64,000 nucleotides of DNA from Pseudomonadota bacterium (GTDB taxonomy: Bacteria; Bdellovibrionota_B; Oligoflexia; Silvanigrellales; Silvanigrellaceae), in assembly GCA_039799905.1 (NCBI GenBank), contig JBDLRP010000021.1, positions 246,119 through 310,118 of the forward strand, given 5' to 3'. Positions 38,520-48,730 of this stretch are shown here, one piece after another. Below the pieces are notes generated by a model, which was not told the DNA's origin, ran no database searches, and worked only from the letters and a program-made list of their open reading frames with translations. The stretch's first letter is position 1, and each line of letters opens with the position of its first letter. Made by a program: the position numbers and the translations under genes.

Positions 38520-39414
38520 GGGAATCCGCAGTGTTTATTCATACAATACATTTGGAAGCAGGCCGCTTTTCCGCTATCTTTTGATGAAACACCGTGAGGA
38601 GTTTACGAGAACGCTCGGGCTTCAAAAGCTGACTCCGGATGATGTACTATTTGGGCAACGAATTCTGACCAACGATGAACAAGCTGCGATTTTTGGTCTT
38701 GTTTGCCAATTGAGGTCAAAAGACCAACTCATTTCCTTTCATTCGGCCCTTCTCCACGATATTCACGATTCAGGGCTGCCCGGATTACTTGCCCGTTGTT
38801 GTGGAACTTTTCGCGAGCTGAACGCTTTACACGAAAAATATCTATTCAAACTGGACTCGGAAGGAGTGCTTGCAAAACTGGCCTTTACCGATGAAACCGT
38901 GAGTTACTTCTTTGAAAAACTCGCATTCGCTCCACTTGCGATTCAAGAGTATGCCATCGCAAGCACCTGGGTCGCTCTGACCTCACTTTCGCCTGAAGTA
39001 CGTTCTCTTGTGCGAGCTTTTGAGTTTCCCGGTAGTCACGACGTGCACGGTTTCTCACGCGATCAGATTCTCGAACTGGAGAATACCTTTGCGGCACAAC
39101 TCAAGTTCTCGACGGGCCGACTTGCACTCACAATGGATATTAAAACCTTAGACCTTCATATTCCTACAGTTGATCCAGCGCTGAAAAGCATCCTCGAGCG
39201 AAAGCTGAGAATTCTTCTGGGCGAGACACTTGCGGAAGATGTCGAAGAGCTGCGTCATCAAGTTCTCACCGCCGTTCTTGAACTGAGAACTTCAGCCCAG
39301 CCTGTCACCCTGGAAACAATAGCGGGCTATTTGGGTGTGCGACAGGAAACTCTCGCCTACACCCTCCGCAATCACGGAATTTCCATTCAAAAAATCAAAC
39401 AGATCACCGAATGA
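38506..39414 (+). CDS. AraC-like protein with ligand domain and only the first HTH
   Basis: LDLHIPTVDPALKSILE linker, TLETIAGYLGV..TL...LRNHGIS, then a stop. Confidence 0.7.
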   Translation: MHHAKGIRSVYSYNTFGSRPLFRYLLMKHREEFTRTLGLQKLTPDDVLFGQRILTNDEQAAIFGLVCQLRSKDQLISFHSALLHDIHDSGLPGLLARCCGTFRELNALHEKYLFKLDSEGVLAKLAFTDETVSYFFEKLAFAPLAIQEYAIASTWVALTSLSPEVRSLVRAFEFPGSHDVHGFSRDQILELENTFAAQLKFSTGRLALTMDIKTLDLHIPTVDPALKSILERKLRILLGETLAEDVEELRHQVLTAVLELRTSAQPVTLETIAGYLGVRQETLAYTLRNHGISIQKIKQITE

Positions 39415-39560
39415 AAGAGCACGACCGCTTTTGATGTTGTGGTATCCTAGAAAACCGCCATAGCTCTCAAGATGCGTAAATTGCTGAACTATCATTGATT
39501 TCACTCAAAACATCCCATCGATGTTCCGAATAACCCCGCAAATAGTTTGGGGGGTTTCAA

Positions 39561-40178
39561 TTGAATAGATTCTCGACTCGCCAACAATCCTACAAACTCA
39601 TTCAAACTGCACTGGTTTCAGCGATGTCATTTCTGGCAGTCAGTTGCAAAGAAGGCCAGGTCTCGGAAGATCTTTCTTCGGGCCCTACAAAATCAATTCT
39701 TGGCAGTTGGAAGGACCAAGACCAACTGATGTTATTGGACAAGAGAGACGGCGAACCATTCGACATAGTCGCAGGATTCGATCTCAACGTGAAAGGTGAG
39801 ATTGAAGCTTCACAGATCAGGCACAAGACAAAGGTTGTTGGATGGATGTTGATGAGAGTGACGCGAACCTTTTCAACCGCCGACCACAAAATTGATGCAC
39901 GCTGCCAGACCAGCTCCGGCGCATCCAAACAAATCTCTGTCACTGCAAGGCTCCAACTCGACGAGAAAGTCAACGAATATTCCTTGCCGGAACAGGAACG
40001 CTCGGCCTATGCGGCACTGGAGGGGTTTGAATGCACAGCCCAGATAGCGGGCAAAGTGACCAGACGTTATTCAATTTCAAACGACGGAAATGAATTAAGT
40101 ATAATTCTAGGCAGCGAACCTGAAGACACCGTCAAATTAAAGCGCGCACCAAAGAGCGCTGGTCTTAACGAATATTAA
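39561..40178 (+). CDS. Hypothetical lipoprotein (possible lipocalin-like barrel)
   Basis: Lipobox AVSC; SILGSWK near the N-terminus and YSISNDGNELSI..VKLKR at the end. Confidence 0.62.
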   Translation: MNRFSTRQQSYKLIQTALVSAMSFLAVSCKEGQVSEDLSSGPTKSILGSWKDQDQLMLLDKRDGEPFDIVAGFDLNVKGEIEASQIRHKTKVVGWMLMRVTRTFSTADHKIDARCQTSSGASKQISVTARLQLDEKVNEYSLPEQERSAYAALEGFECTAQIAGKVTRRYSISNDGNELSIILGSEPEDTVKLKRAPKSAGLNEY

Positions 40179-40279
40179 ACGAGTGCTTCAGCGCGGATCA
40201 GAGTTTAATTCCCTTGATTCCAAAGCCTCTGACCACCCTCCCAGCTCCGTTGTCCGCAGAAAACTTGGAGGTGCGCACG

Positions 40280-40858
40280 ATGACTGAAATTCAGATTGAC
40301 CAGACCCTGCGGCTATCCTCTGTGACTCAAGAGGATGCCCAGGAGCTTTTCGACCTTGTCGATACAAATCGCACGCGCCTGCGTGAATGGCTTCCATGGC
40401 TGGATAAGACGAAGGAGTTGAAAGATACCATTTCGTTCATTCAGCATGCTCAGGAGACTGCAAAAGCCGATGGTACTATGACCATGACAATTCGCTTGCA
40501 GGGAAAGCTTGTGGGGCTCGTTTCGTTTCACAAAATCGACCGCGAAACCGCGTCGACGAGTTTGGGTTACTGGATCGCTCAGGATGCCGAGGGGCGCGGA
40601 GTGATGACGCGCTCTGTCGCAGCTCTCATAAGTTTTGGCTTCACTCAGCTCAGCCTGACCGAGATCAGCATTAAATGCGCGAGCGAAAATTTTCGCAGTG
40701 CTGCAATTCCCGTTCGCCTGGGCTTCAAGTTCAAAGAAATTATCCCAGCCGCCGAATGGCTCTATGACCACCATGTGGATCACAAAGTCTACGTTATAAA
40801 AAAGTCCGATTGGCTTGCCAATATTGTCGCCAAGTCAACAGAGGGCGTACTTTTGTGA
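40280..40858 (+). CDS. GNAT N-acetyltransferase, RimL/YdaF type
   Basis: NRTRLREWLPW, LGYWI, GRGVMT, ENFRSAAIPVRLGF. Confidence 0.92.
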   Translation: MTEIQIDQTLRLSSVTQEDAQELFDLVDTNRTRLREWLPWLDKTKELKDTISFIQHAQETAKADGTMTMTIRLQGKLVGLVSFHKIDRETASTSLGYWIAQDAEGRGVMTRSVAALISFGFTQLSLTEISIKCASENFRSAAIPVRLGFKFKEIIPAAEWLYDHHVDHKVYVIKKSDWLANIVAKSTEGVLL

Positions 40859-40994
40859 CTCGGGGACGGGGAATGTCAGAAAGATGAACACAAGAAACGA
40901 CTTCATTACCGAGAGGTTTTTGGCGGAAAGTTATTATTGATATCTGCATTTGCTATCCTCGCAGAGCGAAAAGCCAATGCGCGGAGGATAACTC

Positions 40995-41468
40995 ATGGCT
41001 GAATCAATGCTCACTGCGGAGCTTCTGAAGAATTTTCACCTTTTTTCATCACTCACAACGAGCGAAGCTGAACTATTGGTGCCACACTTCCGTGAAGTCG
41101 TTTACGAGGCCGGACAGATCATCATACAACAAGATGAAATCTCATCGCACCTCTTCTTGATCACTAGTGGCATTGCTGAGGTCAGGCTTCCACTCGTTGG
41201 CCCCCGCGGCACAACAAGTGTTGCAAAATTTGGCCCGAAAGAGTGCATCGGAGAGCTCGCGATGGCAAAAATTGCACGCAGGGCAGCCTCAGCTGTCGCC
41301 GAGGTGGCATGCCGGTGCTACGTGGCGGACGTTGCGAGACTCACTGATTCTTTTGAAAAAAACCCAAAAATTGGATTTGAGGTTTACCGAAAGCTTGCAA
41401 CCATTATGACCGACCGATTGGTAGCAACCAACATGATGCTGAGGAATTCGGAAAGCAATAAGTTCTGA
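40995..41468 (+). CDS. Stand-alone cyclic nucleotide-binding domain protein
   Basis: LFSSLT, GQIIIQQ, LFLITSG, IGELAM...RRAASAVA. Confidence 0.88.
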   Translation: MAESMLTAELLKNFHLFSSLTTSEAELLVPHFREVVYEAGQIIIQQDEISSHLFLITSGIAEVRLPLVGPRGTTSVAKFGPKECIGELAMAKIARRAASAVAEVACRCYVADVARLTDSFEKNPKIGFEVYRKLATIMTDRLVATNMMLRNSESNKF

Positions 41469-41551
41469 TTTTTTCCACACAGCAGAGGACAGCGCGTCAG
41501 TCGGGCGGTAGACACCGAGCTTTCGCTGGCAAATGAAGAAGGGAAAATGCC

Positions 41552-42562
41552 ATGTCACAGGTGATCGGCTTTTGTGGCGCCGTAGGACAAACTCCGCTGA
41601 TTGAAATCCAGACATTGTCTCAGCTGACAGGCTGCCGCATTCTTGGCAAGGCAGAGTTCATGAACCCCGGTGGTTCGGTCAAAGATAGAGCGGCCCTCGG
41701 CATTGTGCTTGACGCAATCAAAAGTGGCCGGTTGAAGCCGGGCGGCACAATTGTTGAGGGCACGGCGGGAAACACGGGAATTGGTCTGACGCACGTCGGT
41801 AATGCATTGGGCTTTAAGACGGTGATTGTCATTCCCAACACGCAGTCGCCCGAGAAGATTGACTATCTGAAAGCGCTCGGTGCGGACGTTCGTCCGGTGC
41901 CGGCGGTTCCGTACTCCAACCCGGAAAATTTCAATCACGTCGCCAAACGGCTTGCAGATGAAATACCGAATGCGATTTGGGCAAATCAATTCGACAATAT
42001 TGCAAACAGGCTTTTCCATGAAAGAACAACTGGTCCGGAAATCTGGCAGCAGACAGATGGCAAAATAGATTCCTTTTGCTGCGCGGTCGGGTCCGGCGGA
42101 ACACTTGCGGGTGTCTCAAGATTCCTCAAAGAGCAGAATCCTGGCATTAAGACGATTTGCATCGACCCTTACGGTGCGGCCATGTACAGCCACTTCAAAT
42201 TCGGACACCTCAATGACGTAGAGGGTGGTTCCATCACAGAGGGCATCGGACAAATCCGTGTCACCGCTAACATAGCCGACGCACCCGTGGATGATGCGAT
42301 GAGAATCCACGACAAACCTATTGTCGAGATGATCCACTATCTTGCACGAAAAGAGGGGCTGTTTCTGGGGTCGTCTGCAGCTCTCAATGTTCTCGGAGCC
42401 GTGCAGGTCGCAAGGCAAATCGGGCCCGGAAAGACAATTGTCACCATACTTTGCGATGGGGCAGGGCGCTATCTGAGCCGCATTTTCAATCCAACTTGGC
42501 TTGAGGAAAAAGACCTGACACCGCGTGCAACCGGTCTAGAATTCCTTGAAAGTATGATTTGA
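41552..42562 (+). CDS. cysK: Cysteine synthase-family PLP enzyme
   Basis: KAEFMNPGGSVKDR, EGTAGNTG, NQFDN, GSGGT, EGIG, TILCD. Confidence 0.88.
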   Translation: MSQVIGFCGAVGQTPLIEIQTLSQLTGCRILGKAEFMNPGGSVKDRAALGIVLDAIKSGRLKPGGTIVEGTAGNTGIGLTHVGNALGFKTVIVIPNTQSPEKIDYLKALGADVRPVPAVPYSNPENFNHVAKRLADEIPNAIWANQFDNIANRLFHERTTGPEIWQQTDGKIDSFCCAVGSGGTLAGVSRFLKEQNPGIKTICIDPYGAAMYSHFKFGHLNDVEGGSITEGIGQIRVTANIADAPVDDAMRIHDKPIVEMIHYLARKEGLFLGSSAALNVLGAVQVARQIGPGKTIVTILCDGAGRYLSRIFNPTWLEEKDLTPRATGLEFLESMI

Positions 42563-42648
42563 CAGCCTTCCTAGCATTGATTCAGCGTTAAAATTGTAAT
42601 AAACCAACGCCAAATATAACTTTAACGCATTGAATTTGGAAAATCCCC

Positions 42649-44097
42649 ATGATCTTCCGGTTGCTAGCCATTCTATTTTTGATTGTGATTTCTCCTGCAG
42701 CGCAGGCAAATTTCTTCGACAGACCTGATTACTTCGAGAATAAGAAAATATACGACGAAGTAGAAGAGATCATTGAGCTACTTTATGATCCCTCGCTGGA
42801 TAGCCACGATCGCGAACTCCGGCTTCGATTCAAAGACAAAAAGCTCGTCCCCATTTTTTCAGGTCTTAAAGAGGAGAATGAAAAACGGTTCGTCAAGTCG
42901 CTCAAAAATGATGGCTTGTCGGATGATGCCATCAATGATCTTCTGAATGACAGAAAAGTCATCGATGCATTCAAAGTCACCATGGAGAATGACTTCCTCG
43001 CAGGGACCGACACCTACTATACAAACGGCTTGCGCGTAGAGCTCAGTTTCAACAATCCTGAATTTGAAAAGTTCTTCAAGAAGCTCGGTTTCGACCACAC
43101 AGACTTCTTCTTTCTTTGTGGACAAAATATCTACAATACTTCCAACAACGACGTCGGCGGAAAGCGCCCGAATGAACCACCCAACGCTGGTGTTCTTTAC
43201 TGTGGCGGAGCAGTGAACTCCTATAAGATGGACAAAAACAAAGCTCGTGCAAAATCGATGCAGCGTATCGAAGCGCAGGTCGGCACCGTCGGACGCGGCT
43301 CATTTGCAGAGCAAGTTCAGAATGGATTTCACCGCCTCATCGGCGACAAAGAAGTCAATTGGGATTTTCAGGCAGCTGACCGCTTCTATTTTAACATCAA
43401 CTTCCAAAAATATCGCAAAATCGGCGAGGGAGACCTCTATGGCGACTCGCGCCCCGAGTACAACATCATCATCAACGGCGGTGGAAACGCAGGAACATTT
43501 ACCAACTTCGTAAACGCCGGCGTCGTTTTCAATTACCGACTGCTGGGCTCTTTGATCGACATGTATATCGGCAACAAGATGACACCGTCACTTGCCGAAG
43601 AACTTGCAATGATGAGTCCGGAGAATCGCTTAAAACGCATTTTGTGCGACAGTCACTGGAGTTTGAATCTTTATTTTGGCAGCGAGGCAAAGCTGATTTT
43701 CAATAATTACCGAATCGACGGTAACAGCGACTATTTTACAACCACAGTTCCATTTGTAGTTGATCTGAAGGCGGGTGTGGTTGTCCGCTACCGTAGGGTT
43801 TATTTTGACGTTGGGCTCGTGCGCCGTTCAAGCGAATGGAACAACACAAACGGCCGTCGCGACGGCCCGCCACACACCTATGGAATGATCACAATCATGC
43901 TGCGCTACGACAACTTGCGCGATTTAGCCGACCAGATCAGTCAACCTGTACGCTGGATGACCGACCCTGAGTACAGGAAAGCAATCAGCGAAGAACGACG
44001 CATCAAAGATCTGATTGCAAAAGACGGTCTGAAGGTCATTTTTGATGCTCAGGATCCGAAAAGTCCACCCAAAGCCCTCGACCTGAAGTGCCATTGA
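42649..44097 (+). CDS. LpxR-family (DUF2219) lipid A deacylase-like outer-membrane protein
   Basis: MENDFLAGTDTYYTNGLR, GQNIY, QNGFHRLIG. Confidence 0.75.
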   Translation: MIFRLLAILFLIVISPAAQANFFDRPDYFENKKIYDEVEEIIELLYDPSLDSHDRELRLRFKDKKLVPIFSGLKEENEKRFVKSLKNDGLSDDAINDLLNDRKVIDAFKVTMENDFLAGTDTYYTNGLRVELSFNNPEFEKFFKKLGFDHTDFFFLCGQNIYNTSNNDVGGKRPNEPPNAGVLYCGGAVNSYKMDKNKARAKSMQRIEAQVGTVGRGSFAEQVQNGFHRLIGDKEVNWDFQAADRFYFNINFQKYRKIGEGDLYGDSRPEYNIIINGGGNAGTFTNFVNAGVVFNYRLLGSLIDMYIGNKMTPSLAEELAMMSPENRLKRILCDSHWSLNLYFGSEAKLIFNNYRIDGNSDYFTTTVPFVVDLKAGVVVRYRRVYFDVGLVRRSSEWNNTNGRRDGPPHTYGMITIMLRYDNLRDLADQISQPVRWMTDPEYRKAISEERRIKDLIAKDGLKVIFDAQDPKSPPKALDLKCH

Positions 44098-44110
44098 GCA
44101 TTTTCGGATC

Positions 44111-45706
44111 TCAGTTGCAAACACAATCGACGTTCGCCTGCGAAAGCGTTCCATTCAGAGCAGTTTTGAAAATTGAGTTTGAACACTCCTCAGACGCACT
44201 GGGCAGGACAGCGTGCGCCGTGCAGCCGAATTCAAACAACGTCGAATCCGCGAGCGATTCTTTCGCGAGTTTTGCATGCTTTAACGGAGTTGCTGAATCA
44301 AAAGTTGAGTTGAACAAATACGCTCGCGCCGATGACTGCACAGGCTTGCCGAAGGTTTCGCGCCATTTTCGGGTGTCGTCGAGGAACGCGCTGCAGGTCG
44401 CTTCACGGATTTTCGCAAAATCAGTCACTTGCTGTTTCAGGTTGGGACCGAGGTAGGTGTATCTAGCATCATTGAATGTTGCCACCGCCGAATCCACAGT
44501 GAATCCAGACTCGGTGCAATTGAGAAATTCATTGATCCCTGCGGAAAATCCGCCCAGGCCACCGCCTCCTCCAAGCAATTCACCGACAAGATCTGAATCT
44601 GAAGGCAGCGGGACACCAAGAGTTCTCCATTTGGAGAGTTGCACAGAGAGCTTTTGACTGACTCCGTCTGCAGTAAATGGAATCTGGTCGGGAGGCGTGC
44701 CGATTTGTTCTGCACCGGCTTGAATGATAGACGCAAAAACAACTCTTTTGAGTCGGCTCATTCCGAAACTCCGGCCGACAGCCAGGGTGCTGATTTTGTC
44801 AAGTGGGGAGCCTTGCAAGACGAGCGTCGAAAGCGGATACCCCATCACCGACTCAAGCGACTGTGAGAAGTCAGGCACCGTACCGCCAAAAACCGCAGTG
44901 CATTGCCCAGAGGCAGCACAGTTTGTACTCAAGTTCTTCAGATATCGCGCGATGTCGGTAAACTCATCAACGTGACTTTCACCCATGTTTTGATTTGGGG
45001 GAATCACGGAATCCAACAGCATCCGATCAACGGAGGCCGGAAACTGCCGAGCATACTCAAGCGCAAACATCGTTCCATAGGAAACACCATAAAACGAAAC
45101 TTTTTCATATCCCAAGCCAATGCGCAGTGCCTCAACATCCCTGACACCAGCGAGCGTACTGAAGGCGGACAGGGTGATTCCAGCATTGTCGAGAAGCTGC
45201 TTGCAGAGAGCCGAATTTTCTCGCTCGGTCGCAATGATTGCCTCCAATGATCCAGCAGACGATGTCCTTGGACACTCGGGAATGACAAAAGAGTGTGTTG
45301 TCCCACGTTGTCCTATGGCAATTAGATCCCTGTCGTCTGCAAGGGAATCCCGCTTGCCAATAGCCCATTCGAATGGCCCCTGCCCATCGTCACCTGGCCC
45401 GCCAAAATGCAGAACGACAGGGGATTTAAGATTGCTGCGATTCTTGGCGAGGACTCGGAAGTAGGAAACTCTCAGCTCTCCCGCATCGGGCTTGTCTTTG
45501 TCAACGGGCGAAATAATTGTCCCACATTCGTAATCGGTGCTTTTTTTCAGGTCTGTGGGAACGAGAATAGGGCAAGGCCCAGCAGTCGAGATCCGCTTGA
45601 TTTCACCCTGAACGACAATCGTTCTTTCCTTTGGCCGGCAGGCATTCATCGGAATCAACGAAGCACCCATCAGCACTATTTTCAGATTCATCAGCAAATT
45701 CCTCAT
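44111..45706 (-). CDS. Exported alpha/beta hydrolase (TAP-like, S33)
   Basis: FGGPG, QRGT, YGVSYGT nucleophile elbow, LLDSV, FDSATP, AHAV. Confidence 0.85.
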   Translation of the reverse strand: MRNLLMNLKIVLMGASLIPMNACRPKERTIVVQGEIKRISTAGPCPILVPTDLKKSTDYECGTIISPVDKDKPDAGELRVSYFRVLAKNRSNLKSPVVLHFGGPGDDGQGPFEWAIGKRDSLADDRDLIAIGQRGTTHSFVIPECPRTSSAGSLEAIIATERENSALCKQLLDNAGITLSAFSTLAGVRDVEALRIGLGYEKVSFYGVSYGTMFALEYARQFPASVDRMLLDSVIPPNQNMGESHVDEFTDIARYLKNLSTNCAASGQCTAVFGGTVPDFSQSLESVMGYPLSTLVLQGSPLDKISTLAVGRSFGMSRLKRVVFASIIQAGAEQIGTPPDQIPFTADGVSQKLSVQLSKWRTLGVPLPSDSDLVGELLGGGGGLGGFSAGINEFLNCTESGFTVDSAVATFNDARYTYLGPNLKQQVTDFAKIREATCSAFLDDTRKWRETFGKPVQSSARAYLFNSTFDSATPLKHAKLAKESLADSTLFEFGCTAHAVLPSASEECSNSIFKTALNGTLSQANVDCVCN

Positions 45707-45921
45707 GAGTGGCTCACCGAGATTGCCTGACCTGAGCGGCAGCAAAAAGATCGAAATGTGACGTTTTTGACACTTTCAGAGACCCTCATCTGCAACCTAA
45801 CTTCTCTTAAATAATGAGAAATATTAAAATCATTAATCGCCCCAAATTTACTCTCCGAATCCTCCAATAAGCGCAGGCAAGAAAAAACCTGACGCGATGT
45901 TTTTAATGAGCGGGGAAAACA

Positions 45922-46494
45922 ATGAAAAAACATTGCTCAATTATTTTTTCGGGCTTGATGCTCCCATTGTTTTTGGTTGGAGCATGCAAAGCGAAAGACC
46001 CATCACTTGATTCCGACACCTCTGTAGCGCGTGAATCACGCAAATTCGAATGGTGTAAGCCCTCTGCATCTGCCCTTTCCTCACTGCTCGAGAGTATCGA
46101 TACAATGGAAAAGGCAGGCAAGACGGAAATTCGCCATTCGCCAAGTGGTGGCAAGACGGCATCGCTGCCGCCGCCTAAATCTGTGATAGGTTTGCTCGAC
46201 AAACCACCCCATCAGGAACCACCTCCTTGCGGGCAGGATTTTGATCATGCGATGCGTGTCAACAGCGAATATATTGCGATTCTCTCAAATGGAGAATTGC
46301 CCTCTGTCGCGCTCAATGCCGCAGGTTCAGGCTGCACCGTTGAATCCTCATCTGGAATTCTTTCCGTCACCAAGATTCCCGGCGGTGGATACATGATTGA
46401 ACTGATGGGTTGCGGCGGACGCACCCGTAGTGAAATGATTATCCCGCAGGCAGATCTAATCAAATTTGCGAGGTCTATATTGCGCGGCGTTTAA
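45922..46494 (+). CDS. Hypothetical lipoprotein
   Basis: Lipobox VGAC-K; GGGG SD. Confidence 0.65.
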   Translation: MKKHCSIIFSGLMLPLFLVGACKAKDPSLDSDTSVARESRKFEWCKPSASALSSLLESIDTMEKAGKTEIRHSPSGGKTASLPPPKSVIGLLDKPPHQEPPPCGQDFDHAMRVNSEYIAILSNGELPSVALNAAGSGCTVESSSGILSVTKIPGGGYMIELMGCGGRTRSEMIIPQADLIKFARSILRGV

Positions 46495-46584
46495 CAAGCC
46501 GTTCAAGTTGATGCAGCCGTCCTTGCCGTCTGACTGGCTCCAGTTTAATCTGATGAATCTCAGAAATCAGAACTGGAGTTTTTC

Positions 46585-47313
46585 ATGCGTTTGTGTGCAG
46601 CGATGGTGGCCTTTTTGAGTCTTTTTCCCTCTTGGTCGTGGGCCGAGGACGGAACAGACGAAGAAGAAAAAGCTTCAATGAGCCTTGCACTGGGTGGATT
46701 GAGAATTGGTCGAGTCAAGGAAATCAACAAACCAAAAGCAGGTGTTTCGGAATCAAAAGTGGTGACCTCGGTCGACCTTTTTGGAGTGGGCGGTGATTCA
46801 TCGCTGCCATACATGGAGTTTGGTCTTTCGGTCGGAAAATTTGTGTTTTACGGCTATCCCAATGAACCTATCGGCGGGCGTGAGCTTTGGGTTGGAATGA
46901 AGACCTCGGACGCCACGGAAGTCGGATTCATTGCCGGAATCAACCAACTCACATTCAATCCAGCAGAAAAGATCGACGACAAAGAAACCAAAGCGGTCGC
47001 CACCAACCGACTTGGTCTTTTTGTAAATCACCGCATGCAGATTGATGAAGAATCCGTCGACCTCAACGTCTCACCTTGGTACGCGTTCGCTAACTCCCGC
47101 TACAGCGACTCAACCCTGAACGAGTCGAGTCATGAACTAGGTCTATCGGCCGAGGCATTGTGGGTTTGGAAAATTGCCGAGAATCTTGAGGCGGGATCTG
47201 GTGCCGGATTCGCTTGGAGCAGGACAGATCGGTCACTCAACGGAAAAGTACTGCAAACCATCGACTGGTCGAATTTGTCGGTCATTCTTGCCGAGACAAC
47301 CTACTCATTTTGA
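46585..47313 (+). CDS. Predicted outer-membrane beta-barrel protein
   Basis: Signal peptide ending SWA, alternating beta strands, C-terminal TYSF. Confidence 0.68.
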   Translation: MRLCAAMVAFLSLFPSWSWAEDGTDEEEKASMSLALGGLRIGRVKEINKPKAGVSESKVVTSVDLFGVGGDSSLPYMEFGLSVGKFVFYGYPNEPIGGRELWVGMKTSDATEVGFIAGINQLTFNPAEKIDDKETKAVATNRLGLFVNHRMQIDEESVDLNVSPWYAFANSRYSDSTLNESSHELGLSAEALWVWKIAENLEAGSGAGFAWSRTDRSLNGKVLQTIDWSNLSVILAETTYSF

Positions 47314-47336
47314 ACCAACTGCCGAAGCAGTCGACG

Positions 47337-48701
47337 CTAGCGCAGGCGAACCACTGCGAAGCCCTCCACGGTGCGTGCAGCGGTGTCCCCCACTGTTTGC
47401 GAGCGGTTCAGCACACCGGAGGGATTGTAATTCGACACGACTTTTGTCGGCGAGCGAAATAGGAATGAAAGCTGCCGGAGAAAGCCGACGTAGACCCAGT
47501 TCATCAAATGAAATTCATTGAAAAGATGGTGATTGGTCAGAACCAGGGTCGGCTTGTTGAAAATCCAATTCACAGGAAACAAAGACTCATAACAGATCAA
47601 TATTTGATGCGTTGCAACAAACTCGGCCAGAGTGCGCTGACCAGTCGGGACAGACTCCTCTTTCACATGACCGTCATTGAGAATTTCCGAATATGAGACC
47701 CCCTTCGACGGCGCCTCGAACATCGGCATCTGCTCGCGCTTGCGCCTGAGAACAGTCAACGGTGGATATCTCTCTGCAGAGTCTCCACTCAAGAATTTTT
47801 CGCGCGTGACCTCAGTTCCGAGAACAACATTGTTGTTCTGAAGAAACGCTCCCTGCACCCATGCGACAGAGCTCACGTTGCTCTGCTTGAAAATACTGTC
47901 GAGAAGCGGCTGCATGAGAGGGTAAACATCCGTTGCCGCTTCGAGGCTGACAAAGGTTTCCGGCAGAATCAACACGATTGAATCGGTGAATTTCGAACGG
48001 CCGCGCTGGACTGTGAATTCCTCGGCCAAGCGGTTACCCAAAATCGCCAATGCCAACGAATTGCCATTAGAGATTTGCTCGCGCATCCGGGCGTCAACTT
48101 GAGTCTCAAAAAGAACATAGCGAACAACGTCCTGTCCGGAATCCGAATGAAATTGTGCCGATGGCAGCGGGAGCGGCAAAGCCGGAAAATAAGTAATGGG
48201 GTGCCATGTGTGAAAGAACAAAAACTCAGAAGAAAGCATCAGAAGATAAAGTGCAACAGTCTTGAATGCTGAAAAATGAACACGCGCGAAAACGAAACGC
48301 TCTGCCAAGACACAACTCAAGCCTCGCACGAGGCCATAGGTGAGAATACCGAGCGCATAGAATCCGGCCGACAATAAAAATGCATTCTTCTCGCCCGCCT
48401 TGACAAATGACGCATGCATGTCTGGAATGTACGGAATGCAAAAAAACGCGGCCGCAACAAATGACCAGACCCAGAACTCACGCGGACTGCATATTCTGCG
48501 AAAGCGTATAAACATTGCTGCGACGGCTAGTCCAAGAATCGCGATTGCAGTCGGACGGAGATAGATAAGCCATAAAGCCTCGACTCCTTCATTCGGAAAA
48601 TCGACGCCCTCGTGAAACAAACGACTTGCCCAGACAAGCACGGCAAGCGAGACAATCAGAAGAATGCTTTTGCAACGTTCCGTAACTGACAAGCCTGACA
48701 C
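47337..48701 (-). CDS. Divergent apolipoprotein N-acyltransferase (Lnt)-like, nitrilase fold
   Basis: N-terminal TMs; LILPET, RKREQMPMFE, ILICYESLFP, LVLTNH, VSNYNPSGV. Confidence 0.6.
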   Translation of the reverse strand: MSGLSVTERCKSILLIVSLAVLVWASRLFHEGVDFPNEGVEALWLIYLRPTAIAILGLAVAAMFIRFRRICSPREFWVWSFVAAAFFCIPYIPDMHASFVKAGEKNAFLLSAGFYALGILTYGLVRGLSCVLAERFVFARVHFSAFKTVALYLLMLSSEFLFFHTWHPITYFPALPLPLPSAQFHSDSGQDVVRYVLFETQVDARMREQISNGNSLALAILGNRLAEEFTVQRGRSKFTDSIVLILPETFVSLEAATDVYPLMQPLLDSIFKQSNVSSVAWVQGAFLQNNNVVLGTEVTREKFLSGDSAERYPPLTVLRRKREQMPMFEAPSKGVSYSEILNDGHVKEESVPTGQRTLAEFVATHQILICYESLFPVNWIFNKPTLVLTNHHLFNEFHLMNWVYVGFLRQLSFLFRSPTKVVSNYNPSGVLNRSQTVGDTAARTVEGFAVVRLR

Positions 48702-48730
48702 ACTTCCATGCGATGGTGACTATTGTCACT

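Noticed and set aside
39412..39450. TGA readthrough or frameshift restoring the second HTH of the short AraC
   Set aside because: An in-frame TAG follows after 11 codons and no GF...FSRAF-like motif appears in the downstream frames
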